A stretch of DNA of 64,000 nt, from assembly GCA_002733495.1 (NCBI GenBank), contig NVVV01000004.1, forward strand, positions 32,806 through 96,805. The letters run 5' to 3'. Position numbers and translations under genes: made by a program. This stretch comes from Robiginitomaculum sp. (lineage in GTDB: Bacteria > Pseudomonadota > Alphaproteobacteria > Caulobacterales > Maricaulaceae). Of the stretch, positions 19,268 through 27,918 are shown piece by piece. Positions within the stretch are counted from its first letter, which is position 1; every line of letters starts with the position of its first letter. Under the pieces are notes generated by a model. It was not told where the DNA came from, searched no databases, and saw nothing but the letters and a program-made list of their open reading frames with translations.

Positions 19268-20383
19268 CTATCCCGGTAAGTTGCAAACGCCAATGCGTAG
19301 GTGTTCAGGCTTTAACTTCATGCCAAAGAATATCCGCAGAAGCGCCAAGCGCTTGATGATCAGCTCACTGATCAACACACAGCCACCAATGGTGCCAATA
19401 ATGATTGCGCCGGCTTCCACAGGCAGGCCGAGCTTCATTTGGGACAAGGGGTAAGCAATAGAGATAATCAGGGTCTGATGCAGGATGTAGTAAGGAAAAA
19501 TCATCGCCGTCAGATAGGCCAAAATGCGGCTGGGTTTATTGAGCAAACGCTGGGCAAAACCTAATAAGGTGGCAATGGCAAACCAAGCATAGAGCACCCG
19601 TCCGGCGCGGGCGATAAACAACAAAGGCGAAGCCTCACTGTCTGGACCAAGCCATTGTAAAAAACCCTCCCAGTGTATCCATAATGGCGTAAGCGGCACA
19701 ATCAACAAGATTGAAAGCCCCAGCGACCAAAAGCGCATTTTATCAATGGTGGTCCAAAAGCGTGCTGATTTTGCCACCATATAACCAAGCAGGAAAACAT
19801 AAAAACTGGCCGCATGATTGGCCCAGTCTGAAACCAGATTATGGGTAATTGGCCAATGCGGCGTCAGGGTAAAGCGCACAATCAGCAAGGGGACTACCGG
19901 CAGGGCCAGCGCAATGATCCAAGCGGGGAGACGCGAGACGCCCCTGCCAAGGGGGCCGCTCATCAGAGCCTTTAGCCAAGGGGCCAGACCCACCAGCAAG
20001 AATGAATAGACCAGCAAATAGGCCACATACCATAAATGGTTCCATGTGGGCGTTGTCGTGCCCTCAAAGACAAAGTCGGGGTCAGAATATTGTGCAAAAA
20101 ACGCCCAGAACCCTGGCTCTATCGTGCCAGATTGCAAAAACTGGAAATAGGTTTGCGGCGCGACCACAAATTGCATGCCAATGAACAGCGGGATGAGCAG
20201 ACGCCAAAGGCGCTCTTTGGCAAAGGTTTCACGTGAAACCTTGTCCAGCATAAACCGGCCCGCCACACCGGAGATAAAAAACAATAAGGATAACCGCCAC
20301 GGGTTTAGAACGCGCATAAAGGGTTCCAGATCAGGGCCGGCGTAGGTGCTTTTGACGTGCCAGTCCCAACTCACATAATACAT
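19268..20383 (-). CDS. acyltransferase family 3 / OpgC-like membrane protein (apparently missing the first helix)
   Basis: A protein of about 10 TM helices. The block WHVKS......F.RVLNPWRLSLLFFISGVAGRF aligns with the region after TM1 of OpgC-type acyltransferases. TAA sits 2 codons upstream of the ATG. Confidence 0.6.
   Translation of the reverse strand: MYYVSWDWHVKSTYAGPDLEPFMRVLNPWRLSLLFFISGVAGRFMLDKVSRETFAKERLWRLLIPLFIGMQFVVAPQTYFQFLQSGTIEPGFWAFFAQYSDPDFVFEGTTTPTWNHLWYVAYLLVYSFLLVGLAPWLKALMSGPLGRGVSRLPAWIIALALPVVPLLIVRFTLTPHWPITHNLVSDWANHAASFYVFLLGYMVAKSARFWTTIDKMRFWSLGLSILLIVPLTPLWIHWEGFLQWLGPDSEASPLLFIARAGRVLYAWFAIATLLGFAQRLLNKPSRILAYLTAMIFPYYILHQTLIISIAYPLSQMKLGLPVEAGAIIIGTIGGCVLISELIIKRLALLRIFFGMKLKPEHLRIGVCNLPG
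20225..20240. promoter_or_regulatory. parS-like site GGTTTCACGTGAAACC (14/16 to consensus; a 20-bp perfect palindrome at 20223-20242)
   Basis: The core GTTTCACGTGAAAC is identical to the two perfect sites. It lies inside the acyltransferase CDS, where it encodes KVSRETF. Confidence 0.6.
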
Positions 20384-20551
20384 TCCTGTTTAAAGTTGGT
20401 TTCCTGACAGACATCACACACGGTTGGGCATGTCTTGAGGGGTGGTGCGAGCGGCGCGGCGGCGGGGTAACTGGCAAGTCTTGGGGCCATGTGGCGCGCC
20501 GCCGGGGCCGAGCGGCTAGCCAAAAAGGGGCTTCCTTCGTATAGGTGAGGC

Positions 20552-21337
20552 ATGAGCATGGCACGTGACGCAATATACAAAAGTGAGAAACGCCTCGACC
20601 GGAGTATCTGGATCTGGGTTGCGGTTATCGGTTTTGTGTTTGCGCTGATCAATGTCACCTCATTGCAAATGGAGGCGGCAAGAAATGGTGAGCCGGCACT
20701 AGGCATCTGGCCGTTGATCACCGAAGGCAGCAGCCTGTTGTCTACATTGATAATCTTTCCGCTTCTGGCCTACCTTGTCCGCATCATTCCTTTTTCAGCG
20801 GAAAGCTGGCGGCGCGCATCTCTGTTGCACCTTGTTGGCAGTATTGGGTTTTCTGCCCTGCATGTTTCTATCATGGTTGGGTTACGAAAACTCGCTTATC
20901 CGGTTTTTCTGAACCAGAACTACAATTTTTTTGGTGATGTCGTTCGCGAAATTCTTTATGAATACCGCAAGGATTTTGCCAGCTATTTTCTTCTGGTCAG
21001 CGGGCTATATGTGGTGCGGGCTTTGGCGCAACAAAGCCGCGAGCTGGAAGCAGCCCGTCTTGAGGCTAAAAAAACCGGGCGTTTGTCGCTAAAATGCGGA
21101 GCGCGGACCCTTCACATTCCGGCAGAAGACTTTGTCTATGCGCAAGCCGCAGGCAATTATGTGGATGTGTTCATCCCCACCGGCCAGCATCTCGTGCGCA
21201 CCTCTCTCACCGCTTTACAAAAACAATTGGAAGCGGCTGGCATACAGGCCTTGCGCATTCACCGCACGCGTCTGGTCAACGCCAAGGCCATTGGTGAAAC
21301 CAGACCCGCAGGCAGCAGCGATCTGAATGTGATTTAA
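20552..21337 (+). CDS. membrane-anchored LytTR-domain regulator, terminated by an in-frame TAA inside the LytTR domain
   Basis: Four to five TM helices, then the LytTR block (..LHIPAEDFVYAQAAGNYVDVF...LVRTSLTALQKQL....F.RIHRTRLVN). The frame stays open after TAA 21335-37 and reads QDGTSLRASRRYRDNLAS, which is the normal C-terminal strand of LytTR. Confidence 0.7.
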   Translation: MSMARDAIYKSEKRLDRSIWIWVAVIGFVFALINVTSLQMEAARNGEPALGIWPLITEGSSLLSTLIIFPLLAYLVRIIPFSAESWRRASLLHLVGSIGFSALHVSIMVGLRKLAYPVFLNQNYNFFGDVVREILYEYRKDFASYFLLVSGLYVVRALAQQSRELEAARLEAKKTGRLSLKCGARTLHIPAEDFVYAQAAGNYVDVFIPTGQHLVRTSLTALQKQLEAAGIQALRIHRTRLVNAKAIGETRPAGSSDLNVI

Positions 21338-21434
21338 CAAGATGGCACAAGTCTTCGGGCCTCCCGGCGCTATCGTGATAATTTGGCGAGTTAAATGGTG
21401 CGACAACCTGACCCGATGATTTTTTTGCGCCCCC

Positions 21435-21462
21435 CTTGTGCGGCAAAAAAGCAACACTATCT
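21435..21462 (+). promoter_or_regulatory. candidate RpoH (sigma32) promoter of clpB
   Basis: CTTG (21435-38), N17, then ACTATCT (21456-62), compared with the alphaproteobacterial heat-shock consensus CTTG-N17/18-CYTATNT. It lies about 110 nt upstream of the clpB ATG. Confidence 0.45.
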
Positions 21463-21574
21463 GTACTATGAACGCAGGCTAATCGTGCCAAATTGGGCGA
21501 AGGGTCTGTCATCTCGCTGAACCATGCGCTCAAGCAGCGAAGCGGTAGCGCAAAGACCAAGACGGGGGATACCC

Positions 21575-24166
21575 ATGGATATAGAAAAATTTTCTGATCG
21601 TGCCAAAGGCATGATTCAAGCCGCGCAAACGCGCGCATTAGCGGCTGGACACCAACAATTTACGCCAGAGCACGTGCTCAAGGCCCTTCTTGATGACCGC
21701 GAAGGCATGGTGGCAAATTTGATGCGGGCCGCAGGGGCCCAGCCCGACCGTGCCTTGCAAGACGTTTCGGACGCGCTGGACAAACTGCCCAAAATTGAGG
21801 GTGGTGACGGCAAAATATACATGACGGCGGAAACCGCCAAGGCTTTACAGGCCGCTGAAGATGTTGCCCAAAAAGCTGGTGACAGCTTTGTCACGGTCGA
21901 GCGCATTTTGCTGGCCCTTTGTCTGACCAAGGACGCCAAAACCGCAGATATACTAAAGCGTGCCGGCCTTACTGCGCAAAAGCTGAACGCGGCAATCAAT
22001 GACATTCGCAAGGGGCGCACCGCTGATAGTGCCTCCGCCGAGGAGTCCTATGACGCCTTGAAGAAATATACCCGCGATCTGACCGAAGCGGCCCGTGATG
22101 GCAAATTGGACCCGATCATTGGCCGGGATGAAGAAATTCGCCGCACCATTCAAGTGCTGTCCCGGCGCACCAAAAATAATCCGGTGCTGATCGGTGAGCC
22201 GGGCGTGGGCAAAACTGCCATCGCCGAAGGGCTGGCCTTGCGCATCATAAATGGCGATGTGCCCGAAGGTCTTAAAAACAAAAAGCTTCTGTCTCTCGAT
22301 ATGGGGTCTTTAATCGCCGGTGCGAAATATCGCGGTGAATTCGAAGAGCGCTTAAAAGCGGTGATTAACGAGGTGCAGGCCGCCGAAGGTGAAATCATCC
22401 TCTTTATTGATGAAATGCATACGCTGGTGGGTGCGGGCAAGGGCGATGGGGCTATGGATGCCTCTAATTTGCTCAAACCCGCTCTGGCGCGCGGTGAATT
22501 GCACGCCATTGGGGCGACGACGCTGGATGAATATCGCAAGCATGTGGAAAAAGACGCGGCCCTTGCGCGACGCTTTCAGCCGGTGATGATTGAAGAGCCA
22601 AGCGAAGAGGACACGGTTTCCATTTTGCGTGGCCTGAAGGAAAAATACGAAGTGCACCACGGCGTTCGTATTGCCGACAGTGCCCTTATTGCTGCGGTGA
22701 CGCTTTCCACGCGTTATATTGCCGATCGGTTTTTACCCGATAAAGCCATTGATCTGATGGACGAGGCCGCTTCGCGCCTGCGTATGCAGATCGATTCCAA
22801 GCCCGAGGCGTTGGACGAGGTGGATCGCCGTTTGATGCAGGCGCATATCGAAGCGGAATCCCTGCGCAAGGAAAAAGACGATGCGTCCAAGGAACGTCTG
22901 CAAAAACTGGAAGTTGAAATCATAGATCTGGACGCACAATCGGCGGAGCTGAGCGGGGCGTGGCGGGCGGAAAAGGAACGCCTGTCCGAGGCCACCAAGG
23001 CCAAGGAAGCGCTGGAGATTTTGCGCAATGAATTGGCTGAGGCCGAGCGTAATGGCGACTGGGCGCGCGCATCTGAAATTAAATATGGCCGTATTCCGCA
23101 ACTGGAAGAAGCCTTGGCCAAAGAGCAGGAACAAAGCGAAAGCGAATCCAGTATGGAAGTGGTGGATGCCGAACAGGTGGCGGCAATTGTGTCGCGCTGG
23201 ACTGGCATTCCTGTGGATAAGATGCTGGAAGGTGAGCGCGAGAAACTATTGCGCATGGAAGACCAGCTGCGCGCCCGCGTGGTCGGTCAGGACGAGGCTT
23301 TGCGCGCAGTATCCGATGCGGTGCGCCGCGCCCGCGCTGGGCTGTCTGATCCTTCCAAACCCATTGGCTCCTTTATGTTTTTGGGGCCAACGGGTGTCGG
23401 CAAAACCGAACTGACCAAGGCGTTGGCGGGCTTTTTGTTTGATGATGAACACGCCATTACCCGGCTTGATATGTCGGAATATATGGAAAAACATTCGGTC
23501 AGCCGCATGATCGGTGCGCCGCCCGGCTATGTTGGCTATGAAGAAGGCGGCGCGCTGACCGAGGCGGTTCGTCGTCGCCCCTATCAGGTGATTTTGCTGG
23601 ACGAGATCGAAAAGGCGCACCCGGATGTGTTTAATGTGCTCTTGCAGGTGCTGGATGATGGTCGCCTGACCGACGGGCAGGGCCGCACGGTGGATTTCCG
23701 CCATGCCTTGATCATTATGACGTCTAATCTTGGTTCAGAACATCTGGCAGCAGCCTCTGCGGAATCATCCGAAGAAAGCCGTGAAGCGGTGATGAATGAA
23801 GTTCGGTCGCATTTTCGGCCAGAGTTCTTGAACCGCGTGGACGAGATTATTCTTTTCCATCGCCTCAAGGCCGAGCATATGGCCAGTATTGTCGATATTC
23901 AGATGAAACGCCTGCTGGCGCTTTTGGCGGATCGTCATATCAGCCTCGAGCTGGATGCTGCGGCCCGCACCTGGATTGGCAATCAGGGCTATGACCCGGT
24001 TTATGGGGCGCGGCCTCTAAAGCGGGTGATCCAGAAACAGCTGCAAGACCCGCTGGCCAAGCTGATTTTGGAAGGCATTGTTAAAGATGGCGATGCTATA
24101 AAGATCGGCGTTGCCGAAGGTGCGCTGACCTTTAATGGGAAAACCCTTGACGTGCTTATATCGTAA
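21575..24166 (+). CDS. clpB: ATP-dependent chaperone ClpB
   Basis: Contains two AAA+ modules ([15 protein letters not shown] and [15 protein letters not shown]) and a long coiled-coil middle domain. The start is at [12 protein letters not shown] (ATG 21575, with the RBS GGGGGA). 863 aa. Confidence 0.95.
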   Translation: MDIEKFSDRAKGMIQAAQTRALAAGHQQFTPEHVLKALLDDREGMVANLMRAAGAQPDRALQDVSDALDKLPKIEGGDGKIYMTAETAKALQAAEDVAQKAGDSFVTVERILLALCLTKDAKTADILKRAGLTAQKLNAAINDIRKGRTADSASAEESYDALKKYTRDLTEAARDGKLDPIIGRDEEIRRTIQVLSRRTKNNPVLIGEPGVGKTAIAEGLALRIINGDVPEGLKNKKLLSLDMGSLIAGAKYRGEFEERLKAVINEVQAAEGEIILFIDEMHTLVGAGKGDGAMDASNLLKPALARGELHAIGATTLDEYRKHVEKDAALARRFQPVMIEEPSEEDTVSILRGLKEKYEVHHGVRIADSALIAAVTLSTRYIADRFLPDKAIDLMDEAASRLRMQIDSKPEALDEVDRRLMQAHIEAESLRKEKDDASKERLQKLEVEIIDLDAQSAELSGAWRAEKERLSEATKAKEALEILRNELAEAERNGDWARASEIKYGRIPQLEEALAKEQEQSESESSMEVVDAEQVAAIVSRWTGIPVDKMLEGEREKLLRMEDQLRARVVGQDEALRAVSDAVRRARAGLSDPSKPIGSFMFLGPTGVGKTELTKALAGFLFDDEHAITRLDMSEYMEKHSVSRMIGAPPGYVGYEEGGALTEAVRRRPYQVILLDEIEKAHPDVFNVLLQVLDDGRLTDGQGRTVDFRHALIIMTSNLGSEHLAAASAESSEESREAVMNEVRSHFRPEFLNRVDEIILFHRLKAEHMASIVDIQMKRLLALLADRHISLELDAAARTWIGNQGYDPVYGARPLKRVIQKQLQDPLAKLILEGIVKDGDAIKIGVAEGALTFNGKTLDVLIS

Positions 24167-24183
24167 ATAAAAAAGCAAACGGA

Positions 24184-24240
24184 CGGACCCACCATGTTTC
24201 TGTTTTTACAGGGATTCTCTGGTGGGCCCGCTTTATTTTA
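24184..24240. terminator. possible bidirectional terminator between convergent clpB and the trm112-like gene
   Basis: CGGACCCACC (24184-93) pairs imperfectly with GGTGGGCCCG (24221-30), followed by CTTTATTTTA. The loop is large, so this is weak. Confidence 0.35.
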
Positions 24241-24350
24241 GGCCGCCTTGTTTTGGGTCCTGCGCAGCCAAGATGTGTAAATAAAAATGGCCAATACGGT
24301 CAGAAAGTAGATCCCGGCCACACTAAACGGCAATCAGCGCGTATCGTCCA

Positions 24351-24545
24351 TTATTTGTCTAACTTGCGCGCGTCATCAACCAGCATGATGGGTACGCCTT
24401 CGCGAATTGGAAAGGCCAGCTTAGCCTTCTTGGAGACTAGTTCGCAGGCATCGCGGTCATAAACCAGCGGACCATGGGTCAATGGACAGACCAAAAGCTC
24501 AAGCATTTTGGGGTCAGGCTCCCGGGGGGCTTGTGATTTGCTCAT
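24351..24545 (-). CDS. Trm112 family protein (UPF0434)
   Basis: A 64-aa protein containing [13 protein letters not shown].......LVS......FPI.EGVPIML..DA, the Trm112/YcaR signature. Confidence 0.8.
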   Translation of the reverse strand: MSKSQAPREPDPKMLELLVCPLTHGPLVYDRDACELVSKKAKLAFPIREGVPIMLVDDARKLDK

Positions 24546-24554
24546 CAGGTTCTC

Positions 24555-25469
24555 CTAGCGAAACAGTAATGTGGACAGGCGCTTGCGTCCCTTTACCGCG
24601 AAATCCGAACTTGCACCAGCGGCCTCGAACAAGGTCAGCAAGAGTTTGCGTGCTGCGTTTTCATTCCAGTCTTTGTCGCGTTCTATGCTGTAAAAAAGCT
24701 GCTCTGCCGCACCCTCCATATCGCCAGAGGCACTCAATGCCTCGGCCAGAGCATAACGGGCGTCAAGGTCCTCGGGATTGGCTTTTACTTTTGCCGCGAG
24801 ATCATCATTCTCACTCTGATTGTTCGTCCCGGATTCGGCTAAGGTAATGGCCGCCAGAACGCTTTTGACGTCCGGGTTTTCTTTTGCCTTATCATCAAGA
24901 CCCGCCAGCAGGCCTTTTGCGCCCTCAATATCATCATTTTGAAGATAACAGCGCGCCATGCCAGCCAGTGCGCCGGCGTTTTGCGGATCAATTTGCAAGG
25001 CGGCAGCAAAATCCTGCGCTGCGCCGCCAGCATCACCAATATTCAAAGAATCATGGCCGCGCGTCACCAGTGCAGCGGCTTCTTCGCCAATATCGGTTTC
25101 CCCGCTCAAGCGATCAACAAAGGCCTTGATCTGGCTTTCGGGCTGCGCGCCCATAAAGCCATCTACGGGTTGGCCATCTTTAAAGGCAAACACTGCGGGA
25201 ATGGACTTTACCTGCAATTGTCCGGCCATGGCGGGGTTTTCGTCTATATTAATCTTGACCAGTTTCACCGCGCCCCTGGCCGCTTTGACCACGCGCTCGA
25301 TGGTGGGGCCAAGCTGGCGGCAAGGTCCACACCATGGGGCCCAGAAATCCACAATAACCGGCGTGGTTTTTGAGGTTTCCACCACATCGGCAACAAAGCT
25401 GGCGTCCGTGCTGTCCTTGATCAAATCATCAGAGGCGGCGCTGGGGGTATCGTTTCCAAACAAGCTCAT
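24555..25469 (-). CDS. thioredoxin-domain plus TPR co-chaperone (YbbN/CnoX-like)
   Basis: The thioredoxin fold carries WAPWCGPC, followed by a TPR-like C-terminal half. The start is at MSLFGNDTP (ATG 25469). Confidence 0.8.
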   Translation of the reverse strand: MSLFGNDTPSAASDDLIKDSTDASFVADVVETSKTTPVIVDFWAPWCGPCRQLGPTIERVVKAARGAVKLVKINIDENPAMAGQLQVKSIPAVFAFKDGQPVDGFMGAQPESQIKAFVDRLSGETDIGEEAAALVTRGHDSLNIGDAGGAAQDFAAALQIDPQNAGALAGMARCYLQNDDIEGAKGLLAGLDDKAKENPDVKSVLAAITLAESGTNNQSENDDLAAKVKANPEDLDARYALAEALSASGDMEGAAEQLFYSIERDKDWNENAARKLLLTLFEAAGASSDFAVKGRKRLSTLLFR

Positions 25470-25589
25470 TCTATTGCTCCCGTGTTCATGGGCAAAAGAT
25501 GGGCCGTGTGGCACCGGCGCGCAAGTCCTGTTAGACACCATGGCGCAGGCTTTTGAGAAAGGCCCTTGTCTGCGCCCAAGGGTCTATAT

Positions 25590-27071
25590 TCAGGCAAGAG
25601 CGGCCGAGGCTTCGCGTACCTTTTGCGTTGCTGCATCGACCTGCTCGGTCGCCCCGGCAATTTCGCTAATGCCCCGTGTTATATTGTCTACACCGCTGGC
25701 CGCCGTTTGCATGTTGGAGGACATTTCGCCGGTCACCGCCGTTTGTTCTTCCATGGCCGCAGAAATGGCGGTGGAAAACTCGTTGATATCACTAATGGTT
25801 TTGGAAATGCCCTCAATGGCCTTTACGGCGTCTTGCGTTGTGTTTTGCATCTCATTGATTTGCTTGCTGATTTCCTCAGTTGCTTTGGCGGTTTGGCTGG
25901 CCAATGATTTCACCTCAGAGGCAACAACGGCAAATCCCTTGCCAGCATCACCGGCGCGGGCAGATTCGATGGTGGCGTTTAGTGCCAGCAAATTGGTCTG
26001 TTCAGCAATATCAGAAATCATGCCGACAACCTCGCCGATATTCTGTGCTGAATCGGCTAGGCCAGAAACAACCCCATTGGTGCTTTTGGCCTGATCAACC
26101 GCTTCGGTAGAAACATCCAGTGCGGATGATACCTGGCGGTTAATTTCACCAACCGATGCCACCAGTTCTTCAATGCCTGCGGCCAGGGATTGTACATTCG
26201 ATGAGGTTTCATCGGCCGCACCAGAAACGCTGGCTGCCTGGTTTTTGGTGTTATCTATGGCATTGGTGATTTCCCCAAGGTCACTGTCAATATTTTTTTG
26301 AATCTCGATGCGCCGCATCCGCTCTTCCACCTGGGCACTGACATCGGTGGCAAATTTGACGACCTTGACCACAACCCCGCCATCATTGATGATCGGGTTA
26401 TAAGAGGCCTGAATCCATATGATTTTACCGCCTTTGCCGATGCGTTTATATTCAGCGGCCTGATACTCCCCACGGCGCAGGGCGTCCCAGAAGCTTTTGT
26501 ATTCTGCGGAATTGCGCTCCGCCGGGTCCACAAACAGGCTGTGATGCTGGCCCTTGATCTCTTCCAGCCGGTACCCAAGCACTGCAAGAAAATTTTCATT
26601 GGCATCCAGAACGGTGCCGTCCATATCAAACTCAATAACCGCCTGAGAGCGGTTAATCGCCTCAATCTTTCCCCGATAATCCATATTGCGGACTTTTTGC
26701 TCGGTGATGTCGGTGGCAAACTTAATAACTTTGACGGGCTGGCCTTGACGATTGAGTATGGGATTGTATGAGCCTTGAATCCAAACCTCTCGCCCCCCCT
26801 TGCCGACGCGCTTGTATTCGGCGGCTTGATATTCGCCGCGGCGCAGGGCATCCCAAAATGCCTTATAATCTGTGGAATTACGATAATCCGCATCCACAAA
26901 CAGACTATGATTTTTGCCGTTGATTTCACCTAGCTCATACCCGAGGGCGCGCAGGAAGTTCTCATTGGCATTAAGGATTGTCCCATCCATAGTAAATTCA
27001 ATAACCGCTTGTGACGTATTGATCGCCTCAACTTGTGCTTTCATATCGTTTGATGCTTGGAAGTTTATCAT
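25590..27071 (-). CDS. soluble methyl-accepting chemotaxis protein with two tandem PAS domains
   Basis: There are two ~110-aa PAS repeats (QAVIEF.MDGT.L.ANENFL..LGY...E..G..HSLFVD), then an MCP signalling domain (..[37 protein letters not shown]..). No TM helices. The start is at MINFQ (ATG 27071). Confidence 0.88.
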   Translation of the reverse strand: MINFQASNDMKAQVEAINTSQAVIEFTMDGTILNANENFLRALGYELGEINGKNHSLFVDADYRNSTDYKAFWDALRRGEYQAAEYKRVGKGGREVWIQGSYNPILNRQGQPVKVIKFATDITEQKVRNMDYRGKIEAINRSQAVIEFDMDGTVLDANENFLAVLGYRLEEIKGQHHSLFVDPAERNSAEYKSFWDALRRGEYQAAEYKRIGKGGKIIWIQASYNPIINDGGVVVKVVKFATDVSAQVEERMRRIEIQKNIDSDLGEITNAIDNTKNQAASVSGAADETSSNVQSLAAGIEELVASVGEINRQVSSALDVSTEAVDQAKSTNGVVSGLADSAQNIGEVVGMISDIAEQTNLLALNATIESARAGDAGKGFAVVASEVKSLASQTAKATEEISKQINEMQNTTQDAVKAIEGISKTISDINEFSTAISAAMEEQTAVTGEMSSNMQTAASGVDNITRGISEIAGATEQVDAATQKVREASAALA

Positions 27072-27130
27072 ATTTTTGTCCCCTAAATAGCGCCTGATTT
27101 GCACTTGCGCACGACTATCAGGACAGTTCT

Positions 27131-27145
27131 TTAATAACCAGTTAA
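27131..27145. promoter_or_regulatory. CtrA-box-like motif TTAA-N7-TTAA upstream of the MCP gene
   Basis: The sequence is TTAATAACCAGTTAA, 60-74 nt upstream of the MCP start codon. It is a single occurrence, so chance cannot be excluded. Confidence 0.3.
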
Positions 27146-27214
27146 AGGGGCGTTCTAAAAAAATTATACCTATGCTTGTGTTTTTCGTAAGGGCCCTCGA
27201 AAAAATGGCGGCGG

Positions 27215-27718
27215 TTAAAGTCCTGGCGCATCAAAATCCAGAACTGTCGGTGTGTGCCCAGTGGCTTTGGCAAAGCGGATAAGGTCCGCACTGGAAATGG
27301 CGGTTGTGGCATTATTTTTCAGCGGGTGAAAGTTTACGATGTCGTGGGCAATCAAGGCCTGATCAAGAATAAAACTGATCTGGGGTGGCTGATCATTGAT
27401 CAGGGCAAAGGCGGTGACGGACCCCGGGGTCACCCCCAGCATGGCTTCCATAATTTCGGCGCGGCCAAAGGATAGCCGGGCGCAGCCCAGCGTCTTGTGC
27501 AATTGATTTAAGCGAATTTGCGTGCTGCCAAGGGCCGAGATCAGGAAAAACGCACCTTTTTTGTCTTTCAAAAACAGGTTTTTTGAATGACCACCTGGTA
27601 AGTTGGCCTTGATGTCGGCACCCTCTTTCACGGTGAACACTTCACGGTGTTCCATTGTGGAATGTCGGATGCCCAGATCGTCCAGATATGCGAAAAGCCC
27701 TGCGCGTGTTGCTGTCAT
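27215..27718 (-). CDS. YbaK/ProX-type aminoacyl-tRNA editing domain protein
   Basis: 167 aa. Contains ..[17 protein letters not shown]......Q.RLN....LG..RLSF......M...LGV.PGSVT.FAL..D, the pattern of prolyl-tRNA-synthetase-associated editing domains. Confidence 0.7.
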   Translation of the reverse strand: MTATRAGLFAYLDDLGIRHSTMEHREVFTVKEGADIKANLPGGHSKNLFLKDKKGAFFLISALGSTQIRLNQLHKTLGCARLSFGRAEIMEAMLGVTPGSVTAFALINDQPPQISFILDQALIAHDIVNFHPLKNNATTAISSADLIRFAKATGHTPTVLDFDAPGL

Positions 27719-27823
27719 TTTAATGCCTTACTGAGAATATCCCCACACCCTCTCTTGCATTCCGTTTCGCTTTGCGCAATAACCCCCGCCTGTTCAGCAC
27801 TGCTGTACAGAAGGCAATTGGAT

Positions 27824-27898
27824 GCGGGCGTAGCTCAGGGGTAGAGCGAAACCTTGCCAAGGTTTAGGTCGTCAGTTCGAATCTGATCGCCCGCTCCA
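27824..27898 (+). tRNA. tRNA-Gly (anticodon GCC)
   Basis: A hand-folded cloverleaf: acceptor GCGGGCG/CGCCCGC, D arm GCTC-AGGGGTA-GAGC, anticodon arm AAACC-TTGCCAA-GGTTT, T arm GTCAG-TTCGAAT-CTGAT, and an encoded CCA. Confidence 0.9.
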
Positions 27899-27918
27899 GA
27901 TTGTGGTCTTTATTTTTG

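Noticed and set aside
24958-26094. A 378-aa ORF on the plus strand.
   Set aside because: It is antisense to the thioredoxin/TPR gene and the MCP gene. It is Ala/Ser/Pro-rich, has no RBS and spans an intergenic gap of the true genes.
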